Origin: Escherichia phage EC148 | Reading direction: 5' to 3' (one strand) | Sequence record: NC_106721.1 | DNA: 64,000 nucleotides | Shown: piece by piece, positions 1 to 6,840 of the stretch | How positions within the stretch are numbered: position 1 is the stretch's first letter | How the letters are laid out: each line of letters begins with the position of its first letter | The notes under the pieces: model-generated | Told to the model about the DNA's origin: nothing | Seen by the model: only the letters and a program-made list of their open reading frames with translations | Databases searched by the model: none | Program-made: the position numbers and the translations under genes

Positions 1-101
1 TTTACCATAATGAGCGAGTAAGGATTTTGATGTATTCTTACCTAACCGTTTGTCACTTACTACTAATCGAAATACTTTCATTTCGAAATCCTCTATTAAA
101 A

Positions 102-179
102 TGGAAGCGGGTGCAGGAATCGAACCTACCTCTTTCTAGCTTATGAGACTAGCGATCTCTACCAGAGATCTAACCCGCA
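102..179 (-). tRNA. tRNA, anticodon CAU (Met/fMet- or Ile2-type)
   Basis: Cloverleaf folded by eye on minus strand: CCA encoded (plus 102-104 TGG), acceptor 106-112, T-arm 113-129 with T-loop TTCGATT, anticodon loop CTCATAA (plus 141-147); 1:72 pair appears unpaired (U-U). Confidence 0.5.
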
Positions 180-185
180 ATTGTT

Positions 186-261
186 TGGTCAGTGCGGCAG
201 GACTCGAACCTGCGACCCGAAGCATCCAAGGCTCCCACGCTACCAACTGCGCTACGCACTG
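186..261 (-). tRNA. tRNA-Pro (anticodon UGG)
   Basis: Perfect 7-bp acceptor stem (CAGTGCG/CGCACTG), T-arm GGTTCGAGTCC, anticodon stem GGAGC/GCTTC with loop CTTGGAT, CCA encoded. Confidence 0.7.
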
Positions 262-270
262 TTAATTCTT

Positions 271-468
271 TTATTGTGGAGGAATATTAATAATTCGTCC
301 GTCTACACAATAAACGGTACTAGGAATTGTACTATATATGTAGAAATTCTTTATATTACTCTCTCCGCCACAGAAATTTTTAGCAAATTCATACTCTTTA
401 TTAATGGTTGAGTCAAGTTTAAAACAACCAGTAAGTAGGAATACAGACAGCAGTAAAACTTTTTTCAT
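271..468 (-). CDS. small lipoprotein (signal peptide plus lipobox LLTGC), 65 aa
   Basis: N-terminus MKKVLLLSVFLLTGC; AGGAAA Shine-Dalgarno upstream; own promoter at 501-529. Confidence 0.55.
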   Translation of the reverse strand: MKKVLLLSVFLLTGCFKLDSTINKEYEFAKNFCGGESNIKNFYIYSTIPSTVYCVDGRIINIPPQ

Positions 469-500
469 TTTGCTTTCCTTCTCAACACTTTATAAGGTAT

Positions 501-529
501 ATTATACAGAGAATTAAGCATAATAGCAA
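501..529 (-). promoter_or_regulatory. sigma70-type promoter (minus strand) for the lipoprotein gene
   Basis: Read on minus strand: -35 TTGCTA, 17-nt spacer, -10 TATAAT, with A-rich upstream and extended TG. Confidence 0.6.
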
Positions 530-679
530 ATGAATTTTTAATAAATTTACTTATTGTGTAGGCCACCTGGAGGCTACCAACCCCACGGCTGACAAAGAAG
601 TTTGCGAGACCTCTCTTAAGTGCCAGAATAGACCCGCCGATCTATCGGAACCTACATAATAAGTAAACTTTATAGTGTC

Positions 680-799
680 ATTCTAGACAGGACTCGAACC
701 TGTTATCACTTGTGCGGACTTACGAGAACCATTCTTTCACTCGAATCGAACGAGCTTCTGCCCTCGCCAAGCTGGTTTCCCCATCAACCACGCTAGAAT
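680..799 (-). ncRNA. tRNA-like element, about 120 nt, not resolvable as a canonical tRNA
   Basis: Perfect T-arm ACAGG-TTCGAGT-CCTGT (plus 687-703) and an exact 7-bp acceptor-like pairing between plus 680-686 and 793-799, but 120 nt apart; second T-arm-like motif at plus 739-755. Confidence 0.25.
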
Positions 800-921
800 G
801 TTTGATTGTTTTCAGTGCAAGAGTCCGAGTCTTGGACACGACCGCTTCGCAAGTACATAGGCAGCTTATCATGAGTCAGCACTTCCGAATTGCTAGCTCC
901 GTGTTCTGCACTGAAATTTTA

Positions 922-1269
922 TTAGTTTAACCGTAAAGTATTATCTACTTCACCATTAATTGTTCGGCATTCTTCTGGGATTGCTGGTGTAGCCTTATAT
1001 TCCCACCATTCAGAACCGTCGTATTCACCACGTTCTAACCAAGTTCCATCAGTAAACCACACGTTACCATAAAGCAATTGCCCACCGAAACCAGAATCAT
1101 ATTTAAAGTCTAGATTATTTAGAAAATCTTCAATATCTTTTTCTGTATAACCTACGGGTAACACCCAAACTTCTTTGTCCCCATAATAACCGAATTCTAT
1201 CTTAATACACTTAACTTCAGAATTAATATTCTTTAAGGCAAGTAACAATTCTTCTTTAGCATTAATCAT
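922..1269 (-). CDS. hypothetical protein, 115 aa, Trp/Tyr/Gly-rich
   Basis: Intact ORF between tRNA genes on the same strand as the tRNAs. Confidence 0.5.
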   Translation of the reverse strand: MINAKEELLLALKNINSEVKCIKIEFGYYGDKEVWVLPVGYTEKDIEDFLNNLDFKYDSGFGGQLLYGNVWFTDGTWLERGEYDGSEWWEYKATPAIPEECRTINGEVDNTLRLN

Positions 1270-1295
1270 AGCATATTTCTCGTACTAGTTTAATT

Positions 1296-1372
1296 TGGCG
1301 CGACCGATGGGATTTGAACCCACATTCCCTCCCGTGACAGGGGAGTACCATTACCAAGCCAGCCCCGGTCGC
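1296..1372 (-). tRNA. tRNA-Asp (anticodon GUC)
   Basis: Acceptor GCGACCG/CGGTCGC perfect, T-loop TTCAAAT, anticodon stem CTCCC/GGGAG with loop CTGTCAC, CCA encoded. Confidence 0.65.
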
Positions 1373-1381
1373 ATAATTCAT

Positions 1382-1567
1382 TTACTCAGCTTTGAGTTTT
1401 TCAATAGCTGCATTAAGTTCTTTAAGAAACTTTTTTCGTACATTAAGACGGTTGAGACTTACTAGTATATCATGTTTAAGTTCTTCGATGTATTTCTTCT
1501 CAACTTCAATATTGTTGATAGTGCTATCACGATGAACTTCTAGCTGTGCAATTACATTCTTGGACAT
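1382..1567 (-). CDS. hypothetical small coiled-coil protein, 61 aa
   Basis: ORF with charged heptad-like sequence; co-oriented with neighbours. Confidence 0.4.
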   Translation of the reverse strand: MSKNVIAQLEVHRDSTINNIEVEKKYIEELKHDILVSLNRLNVRKKFLKELNAAIEKLKAE

Positions 1568-1669
1568 GCTTGTTTCCTCAGTTATTAATGAAAATGGTAT
1601 CTGTGACTGAATTCGATGTCAGCAATGATAGCTGGTTGGCTACCGGTTTACTTAACTCTACACAGAATT

Positions 1670-1753
1670 TGGCGGGCCGTGTAGGATTCGAACCTACGTT
1701 GTCTTTCGACATGGATTAACAGTCCACCGCCAAACCGCTTGGCTAACGACCCT
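1670..1753 (-). tRNA. tRNA with anticodon GUU (Asn-type) and a 13-nt variable arm
   Basis: Acceptor GGGTCGT/ACGGCCC, D-stem GCCA/TGGC, anticodon stem GTGGA/TCCAT with loop CTGTTAA, variable arm GTCGAAAGACAAC, T-arm GTAGG-TTCGAAT-CCTAC, CCA encoded; 84 nt. Confidence 0.5.
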
Positions 1754-1904
1754 AAATTTATATTGCTGACTAGGATTTTCACCTAGACGGAGTTAGCACC
1801 GTAGCGTGTAGCGGCATACCTCTCCAAACCGTGCCTCATCTTTCAATTACGGAGACAGTGTTCCTACGCGTGCCTGAATTGATTTAACAACTCTTTCAGC
1901 AAAT

Positions 1905-1980
1905 TGGACGACCGCATGAGATTTGAACTCACATAAAAAGGATTTGCAATCCTTCGCCTAAGCCATTCAGCCAACGGTCG
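1905..1980 (-). tRNA. tRNA-Cys (anticodon GCA)
   Basis: Acceptor with one G-U pair, T-loop TTCAAAT, anticodon stem AAGGA/TCCTT with loop TTGCAAA, CCA encoded. Confidence 0.65.
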
Positions 1981-2028
1981 ATTTATCTTGTTCTGTCATG
2001 TTGCTTCTCCAGTTCAATTTATGTAATT

Positions 2029-2057
2029 ATTATACAGAACTTTTGGAAACTAAGCAA
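2029..2057 (-). promoter_or_regulatory. sigma70-type promoter (minus) upstream of tRNA-Cys
   Basis: -35 TTGCTT / 17 nt / -10 TATAAT on minus strand. Confidence 0.55.
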
Positions 2058-2337
2058 CTACATTTTTTAAAAATTTGATGCCTTTCTTTTTCTTCTTATA
2101 TTTCCACGTTAAGGGATTCTGTCGATTATGAACGCTTGAGATCTTTGTCTCGTCAAAGTTCTTCAATATCATGTAATCACAGGATAATTGTTCTAATGGA
2201 ATGTGATCACCGTCAAAAGCGTATACATAAGGCTGTTGACTAGCACGATAATGATAGACTTTGTTAATTCTACGCTTCAGCAACTTATCCGCGCAGTAAA
2301 TAAAGAAGTTTTCAGGATGCATCAGCAGCTCCCTCAA
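2050..2337 (-). CDS. hypothetical protein, 95 aa
   Basis: ORF co-oriented with the tRNA island. Confidence 0.4.
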   Translation of the reverse strand: MRELLMHPENFFIYCADKLLKRRINKVYHYRASQQPYVYAFDGDHIPLEQLSCDYMILKNFDETKISSVHNRQNPLTWKYKKKKKGIKFLKNVVA

Positions 2338-2339
2338 TT

Positions 2340-2414
2340 TGGTGCACCCTGTTCGTATCGAACGAACCTCTCAAGCTCTTCAGGCAAGCGCTAATCCATC
2401 TCAGCTAAAGGTGC
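2340..2414 (-). tRNA. tRNA-like, anticodon not resolved (possibly CCU); may be degenerate
   Basis: Acceptor pairing plus 2344-2350 with 2408-2414 and perfect T-arm GTTCG-TTCGATA-CGAAC, CCA encoded; only a 4/5-bp anticodon stem could be found. Confidence 0.35.
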
Positions 2415-2420
2415 AAATTT

Positions 2421-2497
2421 TGGCAAACCTACTAGGACTCGAACCTAGACCGTACGGTTTTGGAGACCGACATGCTGTCCAGTAACACTCTAGGAAT
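2421..2497 (-). tRNA. tRNA-Trp (anticodon CCA)
   Basis: T-arm CTAGG-TTCGAGT-CCTAG, anticodon arm CGGT-CTCCAAA-ACCG closely resembling E. coli tRNA-Trp (from memory); acceptor stem has two U-U mismatches; CCA encoded. Confidence 0.5.
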
Positions 2498-2505
2498 GCA
2501 GGAAT

Positions 2506-2582
2506 TGGCGTCCTGTGCGGGGATCGAACCCACAAATCCTACCTTGAAAGGGTAGTGACTTTACCAGTTTGTCTAACAGGAC
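2506..2582 (-). tRNA. tRNA-Glu (anticodon UUC)
   Basis: Perfect acceptor GTCCTGT/ACAGGAC, T-loop TTCGATC, anticodon stem CTACC/GGTAG with loop CTTTCAA, CCA encoded. Confidence 0.7.
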
Positions 2583-2589
2583 TTAAATT

Positions 2590-2680
2590 TGGTGTTGGAT
2601 GATGGAGTCGAACCACCCGAGACCCTTCCGAGTCGGCAGATTTACAGTCTGCTTCGCTACCTCTACGATACTAATCCAAC
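2590..2680 (-). tRNA. tRNA-Tyr (anticodon GUA), about 18-nt variable arm
   Basis: Acceptor GTTGGAT/ATCCAAC perfect, anticodon stem GCAGA/TCTGC with loop CTGTAAA, extended variable arm forming a mini-hairpin, T-arm GGTGG-TTCGACT-CCATC; 91 nt. Confidence 0.6.
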
Positions 2681-2761
2681 ATATTTAAAAGTATTCAAAT
2701 ACTAGTTTAAACACTTTTAGATATGTTTCCAAATTAGATAACTATTATATCAAGTTTTATG

Positions 2762-2800
2762 GCACTGAGCAAGTCAAATTTTAAAGAACTTGCTCAGTGC
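2762..2800. terminator. 12-bp-stem hairpin (possible terminator) just downstream of the TGA-containing ORF
   Basis: GCACTGAGCAAG ... CTTGCTCAGTGC inverted repeat; weak T-run. Confidence 0.4.
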
Positions 2801-2808
2801 TGTATTAG

Positions 2809-3084
2809 TTAGTCGAACTTAGGAGCGACAGTTAAGGAGAATGGAAGTTCGAAAACTTCTTCGCCCTCATCACTAACAGTAATTACACGACCTTTAAGTT
2901 CAGACATTGAAATATCAATATCAGCTTTTGCATCTGGAGCCATGCCAGCTTCAATACATTTAGCTTTAACTTCCGGCAGAAGTTCTACATCGTAGAAATA
3001 AAGCCATTCAATCTCACCTTCCCAGCCTTCTCAGGATTTACAGATTGCACTTTCAATACCAGTTGCTATAACACGATTTTGCAT
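2809..3084 (-). CDS. hypothetical protein interrupted by an in-frame TGA at codon 18 (readthrough candidate or disrupted gene)
   Basis: ATG at plus 3084-3082 with GAAGGAG Shine-Dalgarno 7 nt upstream; frame reads MQNRVIATGIESAICKS-TGA-EGWEGEIEWLYFYDVELL... to TAA at plus 2811-2809. Confidence 0.35.
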
Positions 3085-3174
3085 TCGTTAACTCCTTCAT
3101 CAATTTATATAACTATTATACCAGAAATTTAAAGCAAAAGGCAAGTACATTTTTAAAAATTCTGTTTGGAGGAG

Positions 3175-3381
3175 CTAAACTCCAGATTCTTCAGCTAAGT
3201 CTAGGCTAATAAGAGATATAGCCATAATTGCTGCTCCGTGTTCTCTTTCTCCTGTCTCTTTAGCTAGGGTTATAATATCAAGAAATTGCTTATGAAAGTC
3301 TGCAACCTCTTGAGTCATACCTGCCTCAGCAATCATGCCTTTAAGCATGAAACGTTGTGCGGTAATTTCGGGATTAGCCAT
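3175..3381 (-). CDS. hypothetical protein, 68 aa
   Basis: ORF; start overlaps stop of upstream small ORF (ATGGCTAA arrangement). Confidence 0.45.
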   Translation of the reverse strand: MANPEITAQRFMLKGMIAEAGMTQEVADFHKQFLDIITLAKETGEREHGAAIMAISLISLDLAEESGV

Positions 3382-3541
3382 GTTGTTTCTCCAGTTTCAT
3401 GTTTAATAGTCTACAAATAAAATCAATGTCTTCATCTGTGCCTAGATCTCTATCTTCAAGAGTTGCCTTGAAGTTTTTCGTCAATTCCATGAGGATAACT
3501 TCTCTAGAACGACGTGTTGGCGGAGGTGGATGTCTATACAT
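3374..3541 (-). CDS. hypothetical small protein, 55 aa (MYRHPPPPTRR...)
   Basis: Hand-translated; AAGGAAA Shine-Dalgarno upstream; below the length cut-off of the supplied ORF track. Confidence 0.35.
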   Translation of the reverse strand: MYRHPPPPTRRSREVILMELTKNFKATLEDRDLGTDEDIDFICRLLNMKLEKQHG

Positions 3542-3556
3542 CTTATTTCCTTAAGT

Positions 3557-3633
3557 TGGTAGGGGTGGTGGGATTCGAACCCACAAAACCTGAATTTTAA
3601 GTCCAGTACCTATACCAATTCGATTACACCCCC
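3557..3633 (-). tRNA. tRNA with anticodon UAA (Leu-type anticodon) but short 5-nt variable arm
   Basis: Acceptor GGGGGTG/CACCCCT (one G-U), T-arm GTGGG-TTCGAAT-CCCAC, anticodon stem CTGGA/TTCAG with loop CTTAAAA, CCA encoded; D-stem poorly defined. Confidence 0.5.
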
Positions 3634-3734
3634 ATGTAATCAGTTTATTAGTTGATACATATTATAGCCTAGTGAAAATCCTACTACTAGTCCCACAAAC
3701 CAACCAATATAATAATCTTTTAGTTTCACAGGTA

Positions 3735-3920
3735 TTATCCTCGTTCAATATCTAGGGAAACACCGCAGTTAGGATTAATACCTGTACCGTTGCAATTTGA
3801 ACAAATCCAGATATTGCAAAAAGTATCTCCTGCTTCTGCATCAGAACTTTCACCAATTCCCCTACACTCAGGGCAGGCACATTCTTCTAGCTCTTGCTTG
3901 AGTTCTTGAAACTTGGACAT
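3735..3920 (-). CDS. Cys-rich zinc-ribbon-like small protein, 61 aa
   Basis: Paired Cys motifs CACPEC ... CSNCNG. Confidence 0.45.
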   Translation of the reverse strand: MSKFQELKQELEECACPECRGIGESSDAEAGDTFCNIWICSNCNGTGINPNCGVSLDIERG

Positions 3921-3929
3921 ATAGTCTCC

Positions 3930-4121
3930 TTAGTCAATTACTTTTGAGGCTTCAAGGGAGTCGATATAGTATACGTTTTCTACCATAATCATATAATCTG
4001 CCACTTTATCCATAGCTTGGGCCTCAGAGGTAGCTCTGGCTAACCTATATCCTTTTTTATATTCATCCGGGTATTCTCTATCTTGAATAAATACAACATA
4101 AACTATGTATAATTCCACTTG
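3930..4121 (-). CDS. hypothetical protein; start uncertain (possible GTG start)
   Basis: The supplied ORF 3930-4265 runs through tRNA genes at 4139-4216, so the true start must lie below about 4130. Confidence 0.3.
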   Translation of the reverse strand, partial: QVELYIVYVVFIQDREYPDEYKKGYRLARATSEAQAMDKVADYMIMVENVYYIDSLEASKVID

Positions 4122-4138
4122 TAATCCCCTAATTAAGT

Positions 4139-4216
4139 TGGTGGCTCCCCGAGGATTCGAACCTACGTACCTTCCGGTTATGAGCCGGGTGCTCATACCA
4201 TATGAGCTTGAGAACC
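4139..4216 (-). tRNA. tRNA, anticodon CAU (Met/Ile2-type)
   Basis: Acceptor with two G-U pairs, D-stem GCTC/GAGC, anticodon stem CCGG/CCGG with loop CTCATAA, weak 3-bp T-stem around TTCGAAT, CCA encoded. Confidence 0.5.
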
Positions 4217-4222
4217 AGAATT

Positions 4223-4311
4223 TGGCGGAAGAAGTGGGAATCGAACCCACAAGGCTATATTTCAAACCGACAGATTAGCAATCTGCTGCAATACCGTTAT
4301 GCTATTCTTCC
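4223..4311 (-). tRNA. tRNA-Ser (anticodon GCU), type II
   Basis: Perfect acceptor GGAAGAA/TTCTTCC, anticodon stem GCAGA/TCTGT with loop TTGCTAA, long variable arm, T-arm GTGGG-TTCGATT-CCCAC; 89 nt. Confidence 0.65.
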
Positions 4312-4326
4312 GAATTTATAAGATAT

Positions 4327-4355
4327 ATTATATTAGAAATTTAGCTTCATAGCAA
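4327..4355 (-). promoter_or_regulatory. sigma70-type promoter (minus) driving the tRNA-Ser / tRNA-CAU cluster
   Basis: -35 TTGCTA / 17 nt / -10 TATAAT on minus strand, directly upstream of the tRNA at 4223-4311. Confidence 0.6.
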
Positions 4356-4851
4356 GAAAATTTTTCAAGTTTTCGGTAGACATCTCATCCACATCTACGG
4401 GAGAAACAAAGCCGTTTAATTTTCTAGCAAATTTTTCACCCGCAGGATCGTTGTCTCCGACAGCTACCAATTTAAAAGGTAATAATTTCAGTTGCTTTAA
4501 TAACGCTTTTCCTGGAGAAGAACCTAACATTGCCAGGGCTGGATAACCAGCGTTATGTAGCGCAACTGCCTTAAATACAGATTCAGCGATCAATACTACT
4601 TTTTCATCTCCATTGAGAGTTTCTAGTCCCCATACACACTGGGTAGTAGAATAAGTAAAATATTTAGCTTCAAAGGGACACTTACCATGACCTTTTGGAG
4701 CAGAAGGATTATACGTCTGATAGCCTCGCAACATCCCGGAGAAGTCATACAACGGGACTGTTAGCCATCCTTCCGGACTTAACCAGCAATGATATTTATC
4801 TGTATCAAATCCTCTGGATAAGAGGTGCTGTGTTAGCTCATCAACATTCAT
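4333..4851 (-). CDS. Toprim-domain protein (DnaG-like catalytic core, no zinc finger)
   Basis: Conserved Glu in VVLIAESVF and DxD in LVAVGDNDPAGEKFARKL; start set at MNVDEL because the promoter at 4882-4910 lies inside the longer ORF. Confidence 0.55.
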   Translation of the reverse strand: MNVDELTQHLLSRGFDTDKYHCWLSPEGWLTVPLYDFSGMLRGYQTYNPSAPKGHGKCPFEAKYFTYSTTQCVWGLETLNGDEKVVLIAESVFKAVALHNAGYPALAMLGSSPGKALLKQLKLLPFKLVAVGDNDPAGEKFARKLNGFVSPVDVDEMSTENLKNFLAMKLNF

Positions 4852-4881
4852 ATTTGGTTCCTCTCTCAAATTTATAGATAT

Positions 4882-4910
4882 ATTATACAGAGAATTTAGC
4901 ATTCAAGCAA
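4882..4910 (-). promoter_or_regulatory. sigma70-type promoter (minus) for the Toprim-protein gene
   Basis: -35 TTGCTT / 17 nt / -10 TATAAT on minus strand. Confidence 0.55.
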
Positions 4911-5025
4911 TCAAATTTTTTAACTTTTTAGAGGAAAATCATAGGGCACTTAAGGGTAGCAGATAAGTGGGGAGGACCAAAATTTGTGACCCCACTAAAA
5001 ATCCGGGGGCAATTTTTAAAGACCC

Positions 5026-5054
5026 CTTGACATTTTCGCTGGGGTAGTGTAAAG
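5026..5054 (+). promoter_or_regulatory. sigma70-type promoter for the plus-strand three-gene cassette
   Basis: -35 TTGACA (5026-5031), 17-nt spacer, -10 TAAAGT (5049-5054). Confidence 0.55.
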
Positions 5055-5117
5055 TATATGTTATGGATGAGTGATCAAAGAGACACACATTTTCTATATA
5101 CTAGGAGGTGTCAAAAT

Positions 5118-6107
5118 ATGACAGAAGAAGTAGCTAAGAGTCCTGAGACCGTCGCTAGCGTTGCAGCAGAACTGCACAGTCACGAGGAATCAGATAAGAA
5201 AAAGTGGGAGAAGGTCAGAGCCTACGAAGAAAAACATCGTGAACACGATGATGAAGAAGAAGATGACGATGATGAACATTGTCATAAATATGGAAAACAT
5301 AAAATGCAAGAACCAGTAAACGTATTCACTAGTGGCTTCCCTGGCCTACTGGGTGGTTACCCAGCAAACGCAGGTGCTTTCGGTGGTGAAGGTATGGGAC
5401 TATTCGGAGCTATCCTAATCGGTGCTCTATTAACCGGCGGATTCGGTGGTTTCGGTGGATTCGGTGGACGTGGTGTAGTTGGTGAAGGTACCGCAGTTGA
5501 TGCAGTACTTCAGAACCAAGATACCGCTAGTATTCTAGCAGCTATCAACACTACTCGTACAGAGGCTAACCAGGGTACTGGAGCTGTTTTAAGCGCAGTT
5601 AACAATGGTTTTAGCCAGACAACCCAAAACCAGAGCCGTGATACTCAGTCTGTACTAACTACGATCTACGGTACAGGTGCTAATCTGTCTAATCAGATCT
5701 GCCAGGAAACTCGCAACGTTATTCAGGGTCAGTTCGATCTTTCTCGCCAGATTGATCAATCTTTCGCAGCTAACCAGATAGCTCGTGCACAAGATAAGTT
5801 TGATTCTGCACAGATCGCTTTCCAGCAGACTTTACAAACTAATAACCAGTTTGCCGCTGTTCAGGCTCAGATGTGTGCTAACCAGAACTCTCTGGAACGT
5901 CAGATCGCTGAATGTTGCTGTGAACTTCAGACTGCGATCGCTGGTGTAACTACTGCGCGTATCCAGGATGAGTTAGACGCATGTCGCCTACGTGAAGCAA
6001 TCGCTGCGGGTAGCGGTGCTAACGGTCAGGTAATTAATCAAATCGCTTTAAGTCTTGGTGCTATCACTCAGACTCTGGCTGGTCTGCAGGCTAAACTGCC
6101 GGCTTAA
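5118..6107 (+). CDS. hypothetical low-complexity protein: polyacidic N-terminus, Gly-zipper hydrophobic segment, Gln/Asn/Thr-rich C-terminal region with Cys cluster
   Basis: Strong RBS TAGGAGGTG before ATG 5118; promoter at 5026-5054; translation-optimised codon choice; no recognisable catalytic motif. Confidence 0.6.
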   Translation: MTEEVAKSPETVASVAAELHSHEESDKKKWEKVRAYEEKHREHDDEEEDDDDEHCHKYGKHKMQEPVNVFTSGFPGLLGGYPANAGAFGGEGMGLFGAILIGALLTGGFGGFGGFGGRGVVGEGTAVDAVLQNQDTASILAAINTTRTEANQGTGAVLSAVNNGFSQTTQNQSRDTQSVLTTIYGTGANLSNQICQETRNVIQGQFDLSRQIDQSFAANQIARAQDKFDSAQIAFQQTLQTNNQFAAVQAQMCANQNSLERQIAECCCELQTAIAGVTTARIQDELDACRLREAIAAGSGANGQVINQIALSLGAITQTLAGLQAKLPA

Positions 6108-6128
6108 TATTAAGGGGAGGAGCCCATT

Positions 6129-6545
6129 ATGAGTAAATATGGTTTTGTAAATAACGGACTTAATCAAAGTATGGGCTCCCAGCAGCCCATTCCGGGTCTG
6201 GATAACCCCTACTTACAACAGTTGCAACAGCGTTTAGCAGAAGCGCAACAGATGCAGCAACAACTCCAGCAAAACCCTGGAAGTGTGAGTCCTATGCAAA
6301 TGATGCAGCAAATGAGCGGGCAGTCGCAAATGCCTCAACAAATGCAGCAACAGGTGCCTCAGCAGCAAGTTCAGCAACAAACCCAACAACCGCAGGTTTC
6401 TGCGGAAGGACAGGCAGTACTAGCCCTTTTCGAAGACTTCGCAAAGACAGAGGATGGGAAACAGCTTGTATCACTTATGGGTAAGTTTAATAGCTTCTGC
6501 CAAAGCCAAGTTGCAAAAGCTCAAAATGGGGGTAGTAACTCCTAA
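6129..6545 (+). CDS. hypothetical Gln-rich protein, 138 aa
   Basis: RBS AAGGGGAGG; Q-rich repeats (PQQMQQQ...). Confidence 0.6.
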   Translation: MSKYGFVNNGLNQSMGSQQPIPGLDNPYLQQLQQRLAEAQQMQQQLQQNPGSVSPMQMMQQMSGQSQMPQQMQQQVPQQQVQQQTQQPQVSAEGQAVLALFEDFAKTEDGKQLVSLMGKFNSFCQSQVAKAQNGGSNS

Positions 6546-6554
6546 GGAGGAAAT

Positions 6555-6749
6555 ATGTGTTGCAGAAAATCTGTTTCGTGCTGCCCAGTGCCTGTAGCAC
6601 GTTGTTGCTCTCCAGCAATGTTTACGCAAATACCGGCGTTCAATCCCTTTGCCTTTAAGCCTACTCTTATCCTGCCCCCTAGAGTAGATTTTCAGTCAAG
6701 ATTGGCCTCCCGTATGGGTGGTTGCTGTACACCGAGAGTATGGTTCTAA
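6555..6749 (+). CDS. hypothetical Cys-rich small protein, 64 aa
   Basis: RBS AAGGAGG; 8 Cys including CC pairs; followed by terminator hairpins. Confidence 0.55.
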   Translation: MCCRKSVSCCPVPVARCCSPAMFTQIPAFNPFAFKPTLILPPRVDFQSRLASRMGGCCTPRVWF

Positions 6750-6761
6750 ACCAAAAACAAA

Positions 6762-6795
6762 AGCCCCTGCCGAAAGGTAAGGGGCTTTTTCTTTT
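6762..6795 (+). terminator. rho-independent terminator ending the plus-strand cassette
   Basis: AGCCCCT...AGGGGCT hairpin followed by TTTTTCTTTT. Confidence 0.65.
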
Positions 6796-6799
6796 GCCT

Positions 6800-6840
6800 T
6801 AAATACAGAAAAGCCCGCGCTCTCGTAGGAAACGCGGGCT
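6800..6840 (-). terminator. rho-independent terminator for the SPFH gene (convergent with the previous one)
   Basis: GCCCGCG...CGCGGGC hairpin followed on minus strand by TTTTCTGTATTT. Confidence 0.6.

Noticed and set aside
181-411. 76-aa plus-strand ORF
   Set aside because: Runs antisense through tRNA-Pro and the lipoprotein gene; no RBS
3930-4265. Full-length 111-aa ORF as given in the ORF track
   Set aside because: Its 5' part is the translation of tRNA genes at 4139-4216; only a shorter 3' portion can be coding
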